Assembly (NCBI GenBank): GCA_013265495.1
Contig: MU058423.1
Coordinates: 3,301,061 to 3,365,060, forward strand
Reading direction: 5' to 3'
DNA: 64,000 bases
Source of the DNA: Vicugna vicugna
Lineage: Eukaryota
Shown here: piece after piece, positions 49,524 through 63,161 of the stretch
How the letters are laid out: every line of letters begins with the position of its first letter
How positions within the stretch are numbered: the stretch's first letter is position 1
The notes under the pieces: generated by a model
Seen by the model: the letters and a program-made list of their open reading frames with translations, nothing else
What the model was told of the DNA's origin: nothing
The model's database searches: none
Position numbers and translations under genes: made by a program

Positions 49524-51749
49524 GCCATACAAAAACTCTTAGAATAAATGAATTCAACAGGGTAGCAGGATACAAGATTAATATACAGAAATCAGTTGCA
49601 TTTATTTACATTAACAACAAAACATAAGAAAGATATAGTAAAAAAAAATCTTGTTTAAAATTGAGTGGAAAAAAAAAAGAATAAACTACTCAACCAGAGA
49701 GGTGAAAGACTTTGAAAACTAAAACACTGATAAAGGAAACTGAGGATGATTCAAAGAAACGGAAAGATATTTCATAATCTTGGATTGGAAGAATTAATAT
49801 TATTAAAGTGGCCATACTACTGAAAACAATCTACAGATTTAAAGTAATCCCTATCAAGATACCCATGACATTTTCCATGGAACTAGAACAAATAACCCTA
49901 AAATTTATATGGAATCACAAAGACCCAGAATTGCCAAAGCAATACTGAGGAAAAAGAACAAAGGGGGAGGTAAAACCCTTCCAGATTTCAGACTATACAA
50001 AGCTACACTAATCAAAACAGCGTGTTACTGGCACAAAAACAGACATACAGATCTACGGAACAGGATAGAGAGCCCAGAAATAAACCCACACACCTAGAGT
50101 CAGTTAATTTTTGACAAAGGAGGTAAGAATATACAATGGAGTAAGGACAGTCTCTTCAGCAAGTGGTGTTGGGAAAACTGGACAGCAGCATGTAAATCAA
50201 TGAAGTTAGAACACTCCCTCACACTATACAGATAAACTCAAAATGGGTTAAAGACTTAAATATAAGACAGGACACCATAAATCTCCTAGAAGAGAACATA
50301 GGCAAAACATTCTCTGACATAAATCCTAGCAATGTTTTATTAGGTAAGTCTCTGAAGGCAAAAGAAATAAAAGCAAAAATAAACAAATGTGACCTAATAA
50401 AATTTAAAAGCCTGGGCACAGCAAAAAAATGAAAAGATGACCTATTTGTGAAAATATTTGTGAATGATGCGACTGACAGGGGTTAAATATCCAAAATATA
50501 TAAACAGCTCATACAACTCGATCCTGAAGAAACAAACAACCCAATCAAAAAATGGGGAGAAGAGTTAAACAGACATTTTCCCAAAGAAGACACACATGGC
50601 CAAAAGGCACATGAAAAGATGTTCAACACTGCTAATTATCAGAGAAATGCAAATCAAAACTAAAGTGAGATATCACCTCACACCAGTCAGAATGGTCACC
50701 ATCAAAAAGTCTACAAATAATAAATGCTGGAGAGGGTGTGGAGAAAAGGGAACTCTCTAACACTGCAGGTGGGAAGGTAAATTGGTGCAGCCACTATGGA
50801 AAACAGTATGGAGGTTCCTTAAAAAACTAAAAATAGGGGTACCACACACATGATCCAGCAATCCTACTCCTTCTCTTTCAGCAAAAGATGAAAATTCTTA
50901 ATTCAAAAAGATACATGCACCCCCAATGGTCATAGCAGCACCATTTACAACAGCCTAGACATGGAAACAACCCAAGTGCCCATCAACAGAAGACTGGCTT
51001 AAGAAGACATGGTGTATATATACAATGAACTATTACTCAGCCATAAAAAGAATGAAATATTGCCATCTGCAGCAACATGGAAGGACCTAGAGAATACACT
51101 TAGTAAAGCAAGTCAGACAAAGACAAATATTACATATCACCTACATGTGGAGTCTAAAATAATAATACAAATGAATCTATATACAAAACAGAAACATACT
51201 CATAGACATTGAAAACAAAATTTCAAAACTGTAGAATAGATAAACAAGATTACACTGTATAGCACAGAGAAATATACACAAAATGTTATGATAACTCACA
51301 GAAAAAAAAATGTGACAATGAGTGTGTATATGTCCATGAATGACTGAAAAATTGTGCTGAACACTGGAATTTGACACAACATTGTAAAATGATTATAAAT
51401 CAATAAAAAATTAAAAAAATTGGACTCTAAAAAAAAATAAAGACTGTACTTTGAGTAAATACTAAAAAAACAAAAAAACAAAAAAACAAAAAAAAAACCC
51501 AAACTTACTGTTACCAAAGGAGAAAGAGAGGGATAAATTAGGTGAATGGAATTAACAGATACAAACCACTATACATATAATAGGTAAGCAACAAGGATTT
51601 ACTATATAGCACAGGGAATTATGTTCAATCTCTTGTAATAACCTATAATGAAGAAGACTGAAAAATATACATAACTGAATCAGTTTGTTGTATATCTGAA
51701 ACTAACACAATATTGTAAATCAACTATGCTTCAATTAAAAAAAAAGAAA
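49524..51749 (+). mobile_element. 5'-truncated LINE-1 (~2.2 kb incl. nested L1 tail) inserted in an L2 remnant
   Basis: ORF2 remnants (ORF 49909..50097 [25 protein letters not shown]), 3'UTR, poly(A), long flanking direct repeat. Confidence 0.92.
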
Positions 51750-54700
51750 AAAGTCACCAAAACCAGAATCCTAGATATTGCCTGTTCCTTCCTACTCACT
51801 TTTATCCATACCCAATCAATTTCCATATCCCACAGACTCTCTCTCAGTACTTTTCCTATTCATCAGCTCTTCTCCACCTCCACTAATTACTTGAGCTTGG
51901 CCTTCGCAGCCTTTCCTGGGTGACTGTTAGAGTCTCCTAACTAGTCTGCCTACCTCTATTGCATGCTACCTTCACTGTGCTCTTTTCTAAAGTGTGCATA
52001 TGCACATGTTACTCTGACTTAAATCACTTTAATAGCTCCTTTGGGATGAAGCTCAAACTCCTCAGAATGGCAATACAAGGCCCCATGCAGTCTGACCTAG
52101 ACCCACCTCTTCAATTACCAAAAGCTATAATTTTAAACAACGTAAAGCAGGTTGGTGGGAAAAAAAGAAAAACAAAAACCCTACATTCAATATTCTATAA
52201 GAAATACCAATATGTAAAAGAAATACACTTACAAAGAATGGAATCTCTAGTCAGTTACAAATCACTAATCATTGACGGTGACTCATGCCTGCTTGTCTAA
52301 ATTCTTATCTTTTTAATACCTGCTTCTTTGTTTTTCCTTTCACAGGTGTCCTGATTAGTGTCTCCATCTCTCTACCTCTTAGACCTATTTTCCACCCTTC
52401 AGAACTCCCAGCCTGTGGCCTCTGCCCTTTCTCTCTCTCCATCAGTCTCCCTCTGGCTCTGCTCCCTCCTGTCCAGTCTGACTTCACAGCCATAACACTC
52501 TGAGCAATACCTTCAGTTTGGTGCCCTGTGCTCTGCAGTCTCAAAAAATCTGAAGAATCCCAATCCTTCATAATTTCAGCCATCTGCACTAACTTCTCTA
52601 TTCCTGGGGCAACTAACCATTATGGAGAAAATTCACACTGATATTAAGGCAAATTTAGAATAAAAAATTCCTAGCGAATTTTAGAGTCTGAAGTCTCCCA
52701 AGTCATCTGAGACAACTCAGTTGTGCGGAATAAATAATCACTGAGTGCCCATCATGTGCCACTTTTTTAATCCTATTACGCTTTTTGTTCTGAAAATGTT
52801 TTTATATCCCTTATCAGAAACTGTTTGATGTAGCCCTGTTACAGAAGGAAAGGGACGGGATTATTTTGTTTTAATTTCACAGTAATGTTAAGAGTATGGG
52901 AGAAACGACCTCCTAAAGCGACACGACTACCTACTGGGTATTTCATAAATATTCTTTCCACGCCCGGTCACAATGCCATAAACTTGTACAAGCTTCTTGC
53001 AACATCTCTACACACCTCCTGTGCTTAGTGATTTCCTGTTCATCCTTTAAAACCCAGCTCAGTGTTCCCCTCTCAGCGAAGATCTTCCTGGTCTTCCAGG
53101 AAAAGGAGTTAGGGTCCCTATCCTCTATGCCTCAGTGACATCATGTATTGTACGTCTGTCCCTCACGCCAACAGAGACTCCTTCAGAGCAGGTGGCTGGT
53201 CTTACTCAGCTTGGTAAATGCCAGCACACGGCAGGCAACCAACGCACACGCAGTGAGTGAGTGAGTCCTGGGACCCTGGACAAATCAGCTCCTTGACCTC
53301 TGAGCCGCAATGTCCTCACATCACAGAGTTGATAATATTCACATTACAGAATTGTTCCAGAAATTAAACTGGGTGACAGTAACAGTCATTAAATCATTTC
53401 GGCAAATGGTGATTTTCTTCCTTCTGGAATAGTAATGCCCCAGAGCCCTAGCTCCTCAAGAGGGTTACATCACCCGTAGGTCCGCTTTACCAGCAGACAA
53501 TTAAACGCCAGCACAGTATATAATTTCTCCTTCAAAATCTCCTTTTTCTTCATCGGTTCTAGCGATTGGCTTTCTTCTCAGAGTCAGCTTCATTCTTTTA
53601 TAAAGAGCCGGTGGCTATTTTAAGAGTTGAAGAGAAATACAAAACAGAGTTCAGGGCAAGTGGTTGGTTAGAGGTTGGCTTACCATCTGTCTTCATAAAT
53701 ACTGACTTTAGTATAAAATTTGTGTTTCTGAAAAATTGTGCAATCTGAGTCACAGATCTGCTCATATAGTACCAAAACTAGAACTTGACTCTGAGAATGC
53801 TAAGGATCCACTGTACTCTGTCTGTTTCTCTGGTAGGTTTTTGAAAACTTTATATCATGAAAAATTTAAAGACAGACAAAAGCAGAGAGAACCGTCCAAT
53901 GAACCTCCCTAGCAGCGATTCACATCTATGGCTTACAGACAACACTCAGTCAAGTCACTCAATTGCTCTGTGCCTCAGTGTTCTCACCTGTAAAAGGAGG
54001 ACATGGATTATACCCATATTTTTGAAACTGGCTTCATGAAGCTCCTTTAGGCACTTCAGGGGGTAGCAGGATTCTATACCTTTTACCACTTAATAGAAAA
54101 ATGTTATATATGGGATTCATAATATATTTGTGCAAAGGATTTTTGTGGCTAAATATTCTGGGGAAAAAAAGTCACCAGATCAGACAACTTCCAACACTCT
54201 TTTCAGCTCTGAAGTACTGTGATTGTACATATTTGATATACACTAAAATACCACCTGGTAAAAGTAATTTACTTTTCACATCAGCAGTTCAAACATTTTT
54301 CCATTCAGTCCCTACTCAGTATGAGAAAGTGCACTGATGGGTCAGAGCTGCTCTTTTCCCACTGACAGTTGCACAATTTCAGATATTCAAAGAAAAGAGA
54401 AAACAAATATTGGGCGTTTGATTCTCCTGAGAAATACTTTTGTGTCTTGGGATTAGGTAAAGTTTGTTTATGCTAATGAGTTATAAAAGTCTTTCTCTGT
54501 AAACTCCAGACTCTCAGAATTACATTTGTGGAGATAACACAGAACATAAGATGATCTATTTTTGAGCTCTTCAGTATCTGAGTTTCATAAATGGATAAAA
54601 TGGCAGAGAAAGAGCCAGAAAGGGAACATTCATAAAAAGCTCCTAAGGAGGAATGCATTTTCTTCTACTAAATTTTGCTGCTCATTTTCTCATTTCACCC

Positions 54701-54999
54701 TAAACTGATTCCACCAGAAAAACATATTGTTACCTAAGAAGCAAAAACTGTTTAGTCCCAAAAGAGTAGGAAATAAAGAAAGAAGCCAGGAAATCATGGT
54801 TTGAGAGAAAACAGCACAGGAAAGCTAAGTTATAGGAAAATGCGTAATTTTAATCAAGAATTGATTTGTGTTATATATATATTTTTTCATCTTTATAAAC
54901 AGCATATGTACATAGAGAATTATATGGATGTTGCTATTGAAAGCATGAAGCTAATGCATGAGGAAGTAATTGTTTACTTTTCTATCTTTTTTCTCAGAT

Positions 55000-57050
55000 A
55001 TTTAAATAATACCTGATTAAGTTTCATTTTAAATGATTAGGTGTCTTCAAGATTGCTGCAGGCATCCTACTGCCTTTTCCCATACTCTCTGAGAAGACTT
55101 TTAACACATCTTTTCCTCTTTCCTCAAACCTCCATCTCCATTTCTTCCATCCTTGCTCTTCAATGATCATTTTGTTTGCTGTATCACTAAGAAATCGGGA
55201 GCAATTTGAAAATAACCTCCGTACGTTTCCTTTTCTCATATAACTGCATCTGTAGCCAAATTCTCTGCCCTCATTCCTCTTGACAAGGACACTCTTCTAG
55301 CAACTGTCCCTTTTCTCTTCTGCAGTACGTTTCTCCTTGTCTACTGGACTATTCGTATCAGATACAAGTACACTGTGCTATCTCCCATGTTAAAAAACAA
55401 ACAAAAAGCTGTCCTTAACCTCATAGCCTATTTTTATTTATAACTACATTTTTCTGTTTTTTTTATAGCAAAATTCCTCCTAATTGTTTATGCTCACTGT
55501 CTCCAATTTTTCTCTTCCAAAATTGTCTTTAACTCCCTCCAATATGGCTGTAGTTTAAAAGCATTCCACCAGTGCTTGTCAGAGTCACCAACGGTGACTA
55601 TACCCCAACGGTCTCTATACTGCAAAATGCAGAGGTCAATTCTCAGCCCTCGCCTTCTATGACCTCCTTAAGTAGTGTGTAACATAGTTGATTACTCCCT
55701 CCTTTTTGAAACACGCTCTTCACCTGGTTTCAGGACCATACTCTCCTTTGGTCCCTTCCTCTTTGTCTCATCGGTGGCACCTTTGCTGGTTCTGCCCTAT
55801 CTCCCCAACCTTTAACATGCTGGAGTGTCCCACATCTCAGTCTTTTTTTCCCCTCTTTTAAAAATTTATTTTATTGAGGTATCTTTGATTACGATGTTGT
55901 GTTAGTTTCAGGTGTACAGCAAAGTGATTCAGTTATACATATACATACATACATACATATATATTCTTTTTCAGATTCTTTTCCATTATAGGTTATTACA
56001 AGATATTGAATATAGTTCCCTGTGCTGTAGAGTAGGTCCTTGTTGTTTGTCTATTGTATATATAGTAGACACATCTCAGTCTTTTGTTCTTTATTTATAC
56101 TCATTCTCTCTAGGTCATTTAATCAAAGCTCATGGCTTTAACTAGTATCTATGTGCTGCTAATGTCATGATTTCCAAACTTCTGTCTCCAGTCTGGCCCT
56201 TCCCACTGAACCCTGTGGTGATATAGCCAACTGCCTACTTAAAATGCCTAGCTGGATGTTAAAGAGGGATCTCAAATTTAACACGTCCAACACCCAAGTT
56301 CCCAACCTGTTCCACTTATAGACTCTCATTTCAATAAATTTACCCCACTCTTCTAGTTACTCAGGCCCAGACCATGCATTACTGAGACACTCTCTTAACT
56401 CATCTACCTATTTCTGCCCTTGGCTCCCTCATTGCTCCTCACAAACCATCTATTCTCTACCCAGCAACCGTAAGTCTGATCATTTTACTCCTCTGTTTTA
56501 AACCCTCCAGCAGCTTTTTATTGCACTCAGATTCTAAGTGGCCTACGAGACTATTATTATAATGGCCTACAAGACGCTGTCATCTGATCTCATCTGCTGT
56601 TAACCTCCTCATTCCCTCTGTTCTAGACGTATTGGGCTCCAGGCAGCTACCTGAACATGCAAAACACACTCCTCTCTCAAGGACTTTCTCCTTGCTTCCT
56701 CTGCCTCAAATGCTCTTTCCCCAAACATCTGCACGGCTTGCTACCCACCTCCCTCAGGTCTCTGCTCAAATATCATACCCTTTAACAGGAAGGACTTTCC
56801 TGACTAAATAAATATAAAGCACTCCTCCCCACCGTGGCCCTCCTACCCTGCTTTATTTTTCTCCAAAGCACTCATCACCATCTTTATGTTATACATTTAC
56901 TTGTTGGTTTGTTGTTTATTTTCCTCTTAGAATATAAGCTCCAAGATGTCAGGGACTTGATCTTTTTTTTTCCACTGCTATTTCTCTAGTGTCAAAATTA
57001 GGGCCTAGCACATAGAAAGGCACTTAATAGGTATTTGTTGAAGAAATAAG
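55000..57050 (-). mobile_element. L2 remnant containing an antisense L1 3' end (~55847-56069)
   Basis: L2-like phrases; TSD cacatctcagtctttt at ~55831 and ~56070. Confidence 0.7.
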
Positions 57051-57319
57051 AAAGTCCACAGAGATCAAATTAAAAATTTTAATTTGTATAATTTCACCCA
57101 AAACCTGAAGATGACAAAAGACCCATAGCATAAATAATTCAGAGTGTGCAGAGCTTGTCTGGTAACTTCTATGAGGGTCAGGTCAGTGTCCTGGGAAAAG
57201 AACTATTCCTTTGCTGATATTAGCCCACCAACACTACAAAATACGAATGTGAAAATTTAAACAAACAAATCACTGCTACACTCTCAGATAAATAACTCAT
57301 TCGCTGAGCATCAACTTAC

Positions 57320-57366
57320 GTTTTAAAACAGGGGTCACCAGACATCAGTTGCATACTGATCAAAAC
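57320..57366 (-). CDS. FAM102B: FAM102B exon (VLISMQLMSGDPCFK, 47 nt)
   Basis: ttttag acceptor, AC|gtaagt donor; end of the NT-C2 domain, SGDPCFK. Confidence 0.95.
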
Positions 57367-58104
57367 CTAAACATAAGAAAAAGAAATACTGTAATTATAA
57401 AAGATCTTGCGAGGAGAAGCCATGTTCTGCTAATCTGTGCACACTTGACAGTACCTGGTCCAGTATTTTCTATTTAGAAATAGACAGTATTACATAAAAT
57501 GATTACTGAATTGGGTTATTTCCAGTATTGAATTGCTGCTTTATACAGACATAGGTTAAAAATCATTTTTAACATTCAAAACTTTGTATCTGCAAAAATC
57601 AGAGTGGAAAAGTTGGAAACAGAAAGCAAGTGCTTCACCAGGAACGATCCTGTGGGTGTGTGCTGTTCTGGTCTATTTTATCTGTCTTTCCTCCCAGATT
57701 CCTGTAGTGTTTAAGCGTCTGGAATGTTTCCCTCCAACGTGTTTGCCATTGTAATGCTTCCAGGGGTGCCGGCTGACGGCCTGTGAGAGTAGAATGCGTC
57801 TGGCCTTTGCTCGCGATTTGGACCAGAATTTAAAGCTTTGCTAATGCTTTCTGAAATGCTGCTATTCTCAAGTTGCTGGCTGCCTTTTAAGAACCAGCCC
57901 TAGGATCTTACTTTGTTCTTCTGGGAATGATAATGATAATGGTAATAATGTCGACAACCTTAGCAACAGTCACGATTTGAAAATTTATTCAGTGCCGGGC
58001 ACTGAATTTGAAAACTGTTAGGTTACAGGGTAATTCTTTGTCCACTAACTTCTGACATTCAGTCTTTATACAGAATTATTTTCCTTATTTCTAAAATTAA
58101 AAAA

Positions 58105-58243
58105 TTTTACTTTTTAATTGGGGGAGGTAATTTTAGGTTTACTTGTTTGTTTGTTTGTCTGTTTTAACCAGAGGTACTGGGAATTGAACCCAGGACTTTG
58201 TGTATGCTAGGTATGCACTCTACCACTGAGCTATACACTCCCC
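58105..58243 (-). mobile_element. Vic-1-like SINE
   Basis: gggaattgaacccaggac...ctgagctatacactcccc. Confidence 0.82.
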
Positions 58244-58810
58244 CTATTCTCCTTTCTTATCATTAGATAACTTGCTATAATGGCGTAACCTGACGGAAAT
58301 AGAGCAAAAGGTTTATGCAGTGAGTTGTACCAGGTGCAAGGTACTTTACCAGCTCTCTGAAGTGTGTATTCCCTGTGGGTTCACCAGAATACATGGCTCC
58401 TGAAGGTACTTGGAAAAAGTAGGGCAGATGTCCAAAGTGAGTTCCACCTGTCACTTCACTTGTTGGGCGAGAGCCCAGTGACTTCTACGTGCCCACCACA
58501 GCTGCTTTGGAAATCACCTCTTGGAAGCCGTAAACATTTCAAACTGTTCATTCAAGCTGCTCCTTCCTCTCAGTGGCCCTTTTGCTGTGGTGGTTGTGTG
58601 TATTCTTCCCTAAATGTTCAAAGCACCAGAGAGCACCTCAGAACCATGAAAGCGAACATCTGCTCCTTTTCAGTGCTTCTGTGATTTGGAGAATTTTCTC
58701 TCCTAGCTGGTGAGTATTTCAGTGGTGTGGTCAGCTTATGATCTCAGGATTGATTCCCATCTTGCCCTTGACAGTATATACCTTTGCTTATTTAAAGGCA
58801 GAGAATCTCA

Positions 58811-58960
<150 letters not shown>

Positions 58961-60379
58961 CTATGAAAAGAAAGAGAATTATATTAATAGAATATCTACT
59001 AGGCTTCTATCACATTCTCTTTAAAATAAACATTCAACCCGTGTGCTCTATCCAAGTTGTCTCAAACTTCAGTCATTTGCAACTTAACACTATCTGTTTA
59101 ATTCTTTGCTTAGTATGTCTTAAAAATTGGCTCACTTTCTGTAAAAATTTATTACCTATTCTACTCTTGCCTTAAGCAAAATGAAGTCACAGATCTGACG
59201 TGCTAATATAACTGTTATAACTGTTAATGTAAAAATAATGCATATTAAACAACTGAAATCAATGCAAGCAGCAGTGGCGCTCACGCTGCACTATGGGAGA
59301 TACTAGCAGCCCAGTCGTGGTCAGTTGTGCACAGAGAAAACTGATCAGACTCGCCTCCCCCGGTTCTGGTCTGGCTCTGTTTCCAGTCAACCACTGGCGA
59401 CTGCAGATCGTTGCAGGTTATTAAGTTCTCACTCTCTGCACAAGAACTAAGTGATTTAAGTGTATCACATACTCTCTTCGGTACAAGCTCCTTCTTCTTC
59501 ACCACCTTCCACAACACTTGCCTTGCTGATACCCCTTAGAGCTAAATCTCTCTTTATGAAGCTTTCTTCCTTCCTTCCCTCACACCAACCTTCCCTGCTT
59601 AGTTACCCAGAAGCTCAGCTCAAACCATTCCTCCCTCTTATTACTACCTAAGTTTGGTCCCCATTTTCTGCAGCTACCAAAGATTGCCCTGTGATCTTTT
59701 TTCTGTTGCTCAGTCCTATGATGTTTCTCATTTCCAACTGGTATGAGAAATTATCCCCCTTATATCATTATTTTTTGAACAAACTAAGTCTATTCTACAT
59801 GACTAAGTGTATATAGTTTTTTATTAACAAAAAAATGTTTTGAGCTAGTAATTAATTAAGCACATCTCCCTGAATACATAATAAAAAGTATTATATACTT
59901 CAACACTGCTATGTTTTTAAGCCGCCTGCTTTAATGCTTTAAAACATGCAGTGGGCACATATGAATGGCATTCAAGATGGAGATTTTAATTGTAGGCTGG
60001 AGCATTATTTTGGTGGGTTTTTTTTAACATTTTTTTATTGATTTATAATCATTTTACAATGTTGTGTCAAATTCCAGTGTTCAGCACAATTTTTCATTCT
60101 TGGTGGTTTTTAATTGGCACAAAAAGGATGAAGAATAAGAAGTTAAGAGACCAGCTGAAGGTCCACAAGCTCCAAATGAAGTAAGTCAGAAGTACGTCAA
60201 GCCACAGGTAACATCTACCTGATCTTCACATGGTCACTCTGGTCTTAATGCCTCTTGCAGGGGTCCAAGAGATCAGCAGGAAAACCTGGGTATGTCCAGA
60301 GCAAAGTCACATCTAAATGAACATGTGAAGACTCAGCTCTGTGATCACACGTCATCTATATGCTCTATTTCATACATTA

Positions 60380-61320
60380 GCCTTGCTCTTTGAACTTCCA
60401 GCACCTCCTATTCCAACTACACTCTTTGCTGATGCTTTGCTTCCTATTTCACGCAGAAGATAAAAGCCCTCCGAGGAGCACTGGACTTCCACAGGCTCCG
60501 CCCCCTGCCCGCCGCCAGCCCACGCCTTCGCCTTCCTGCCGGCTGTAAGGGAACTGGCCGTGCTCCCGTCCCAGGCCAGCCACTCTCCTCTCACCCAGTC
60601 ACTGCTTCAGGGATTCTTCCCTCTCTTTTGCATTCCGGAATTCCCCTCTCTCCTGGATCATTCCCACCAGCGCGCAAACGTGCTGGATTTTCTCCCATCT
60701 TAACGCACAAGAGAAAACAAGACCTCACCCTACACCTCTCGCCGGCCACTCTTCTGCCCCCCTTTGTAGCACAACTCCTTGAAGGACTCGTCTGTGCCGT
60801 CTGTGCCGACAGGCTCTGATTCCTGCGTGCACGGCCCCTCGTCAACTTCATTCCCCCTGCTCTTCTCCTTATTTACTCTTGCAGCCACGGGTCCTTTTCC
60901 ATGAAAACCAAAGACCACCTCAAAGCCTTTAGCCTGACACATTCTCTTAGACCTTCTTACAGCTTCCTTCGTCGCACCATCAGGGTCTATGTTTGAATGT
61001 CATCTCTCTAAAGGGGCCTCCCCTAATAGCTCTAAAACATGCCTGCCTCCTCCCTCCCCTCCCCTGCAGTTGTCACCGTCTGTCCCTTATCTGCTTTGTT
61101 TCTCCTCAGTAGATGTCAGCACATCATATATATAAACATTTCGTATTTACTTTGTTTACTGCCTGTCCCCCTTCCTCAATCCTCCTTTAGAATTTAAGCT
61201 CCCCAAAGGCAGGAAGTTTTGTCTGTTTTGTTCACTGTTGTGTCTCCAATATTTAGAAAAGTGCCAGGAACAATACCTGGCACATGGGAGGCAGTTAACA
61301 CATTTTTTTGAATAAAAAAC
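60380..61320 (-). mobile_element. L2 remnant (GC-rich 5' part)
   Basis: gatgctttgcttcctatttcac.cagaa.ata and aagctcccc...ggcagg...cctggcacat...gaataaa L2-like phrases. Confidence 0.55.
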
Positions 61321-61334
61321 AGCCCTCTGGCTTA

Positions 61335-61910
61335 TCATCCACTGTTCATAGTGTCACTATTTACAACAGCCAAGACATGGAAGCAACCTAAATGTCCAAC
61401 AACAGATGACTAGATAAAGATGTACACACACACACACACACACACACTGGAATATTACTCAGCCATAAAAAGAATAAAACAATGCCATTTGTAGGATGTA
61501 GATGGACTTGGAGATCATCATACTAAGTGAAGTAAATCAGAAAGAGAAAGAAAAATACCATATGATATAACTTATACGTGGAATCTAAAAAAAAAAAGAC
61601 ACAAACTTACATGAACTTTACAAAATAGAGACAGGCTCACAGACACAGAAAACAAACTTATGGTTACCAGAGGGGAAAGTGGGTGGGGAGGGATAAACTG
61701 GGAGTTCGGAATTTGTAGATATTAACTATTATATATACAAAATAGATAAACAACAAGGTCCTACTGTATAGCACAGGTAAACTATATTCAATACCTTGTA
61801 ATGTATATATATGTATTACTGAATCACTATGCTGTACACCAGAAATTAACACAATATTGTAAAACAACGGTACTTCAATAATAAAAAAGAACTTTATAAA
61901 GAAAAAAAAG
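61335..61910 (+). mobile_element. L1 3' end containing (CA)n microsatellite 61423-61447
   Basis: gccaagacatggaagcaacctaaatgtcc...ctgtatagcacagg...A-rich tail. Confidence 0.88.
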
Positions 61911-61954
61911 GGAGAAATCAAGAAGATTTGTCAATCACAGTACAGCCTGCTTTT

Positions 61955-62545
61955 TTTTGCCTAACCACCATTCAACACCCTCATATTCCTTGCTAGCAAG
62001 TCCTGATTTTATTCAAGGGTCCACTCTTAGCTCATCCCTGTGTACAAAGAAAGTAACCCAACCTCTAGCTGACTGTTAAATTGTGATGAGTCTAAGTTGA
62101 CTATGGCAATCCCCTCCTGATGCCCATGACTGGTTTAGGAGTAGGCATATGATCCAATGTGGACAATAAAAGGTACGGGGAAATCCTCTGAGGGCCATCT
62201 AGGAAAAGTTTTCTCACTCAAAAGTAGTCATAGATGGAGATGTAGTAGGATTTTCTTACACGTGAATGTGTTGACTAAAACTTGAGCAGCCAGTCATCTG
62301 GTGACCATGAAGGGAGCTAGCCAAGGTCAAAGCCATCGCATAAAGAATATGAGAATAAAAAAAGAAAAGTAACCTGGGTTCTTGATGATGCCCTTCAGCC
62401 AGTGGACTGACCAATCCTGGAGCAGCTCTATTTCACATCTACAGCTCTATCTCATACCTACGTGTTTTGTGAGATTAAAAAACTCTCTGGGTGAGGAGCG
62501 TTTTCTGTTACTTGGAGCAAAGAGCATACTAATTGACACTGCAAT
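61955..62545. mobile_element. MLT1-like MaLR LTR
   Basis: Ends ctgttacttggagcaaagagcatactaattgaca, a typical MLT1 terminus. Confidence 0.6.
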
Positions 62546-63131
62546 CAACTAGTTTCAGGGAGTTAGGTGGATTTGATGGCTGAAGCTAGTGTTCTGGTTC
62601 TTGGCTTAGATGACAGGATTGATGGAGATACCATCACAGAGACTGGAAATAAAAGAGGGTATGTGGGTTTCTGGTAGTAGCATTAATTATTAATTCCTTC
62701 TATCTAGCAAAAAAGTGAGGACATTCATTAGTCATTCCATATAGCTAGTAAAAGTATAAAGGATGGTAGTGGCCATGTATATACAGAGCACTGAGAGAGC
62801 ACAAAGGGGGTCCTATTCCACTGGGCGTTGGGTAGGACTGAGAATACTTCGCAGGGGAGACTGAATTAGCAGTTGCTATTGTTTAATGCAAACCAGAAAT
62901 CATCTTCTGGTAAGGAAGCTGAAACTTAAGAACATCATCCCATAATCAGCACTTAGAAAGAACATGACTATAATTTATTGTTGGATCCAACTATTCAATC
63001 TCCGAGTTGCTTTATTCAAAAACAGCCAAGTCTGAACAGCAATTAGAAAAGCAAACCATTAAATTTTTAAGCTTATAAATAGCAATGAGTGATGTTACAA
63101 ATTTCAAAAGAGTTAAAGAACACTTACTTAC

Positions 63132-63161
63132 CTTTGCATAAGCTTTTCCACCTTTTAATTC
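63132..63161 (-). CDS. FAM102B: FAM102B 30-nt micro-exon (ELKGGKAYAK); upstream exons lie beyond the window
   Basis: ttgacag acceptor, AAG|gtaagt donor; ELKGGK motif of the NT-C2 domain; in frame with the next exon. Confidence 0.94.

Noticed and set aside
59265..59285. gcagcagtggcgct as a CTCF site
   Set aside because: Needs a gap to fit the core consensus.
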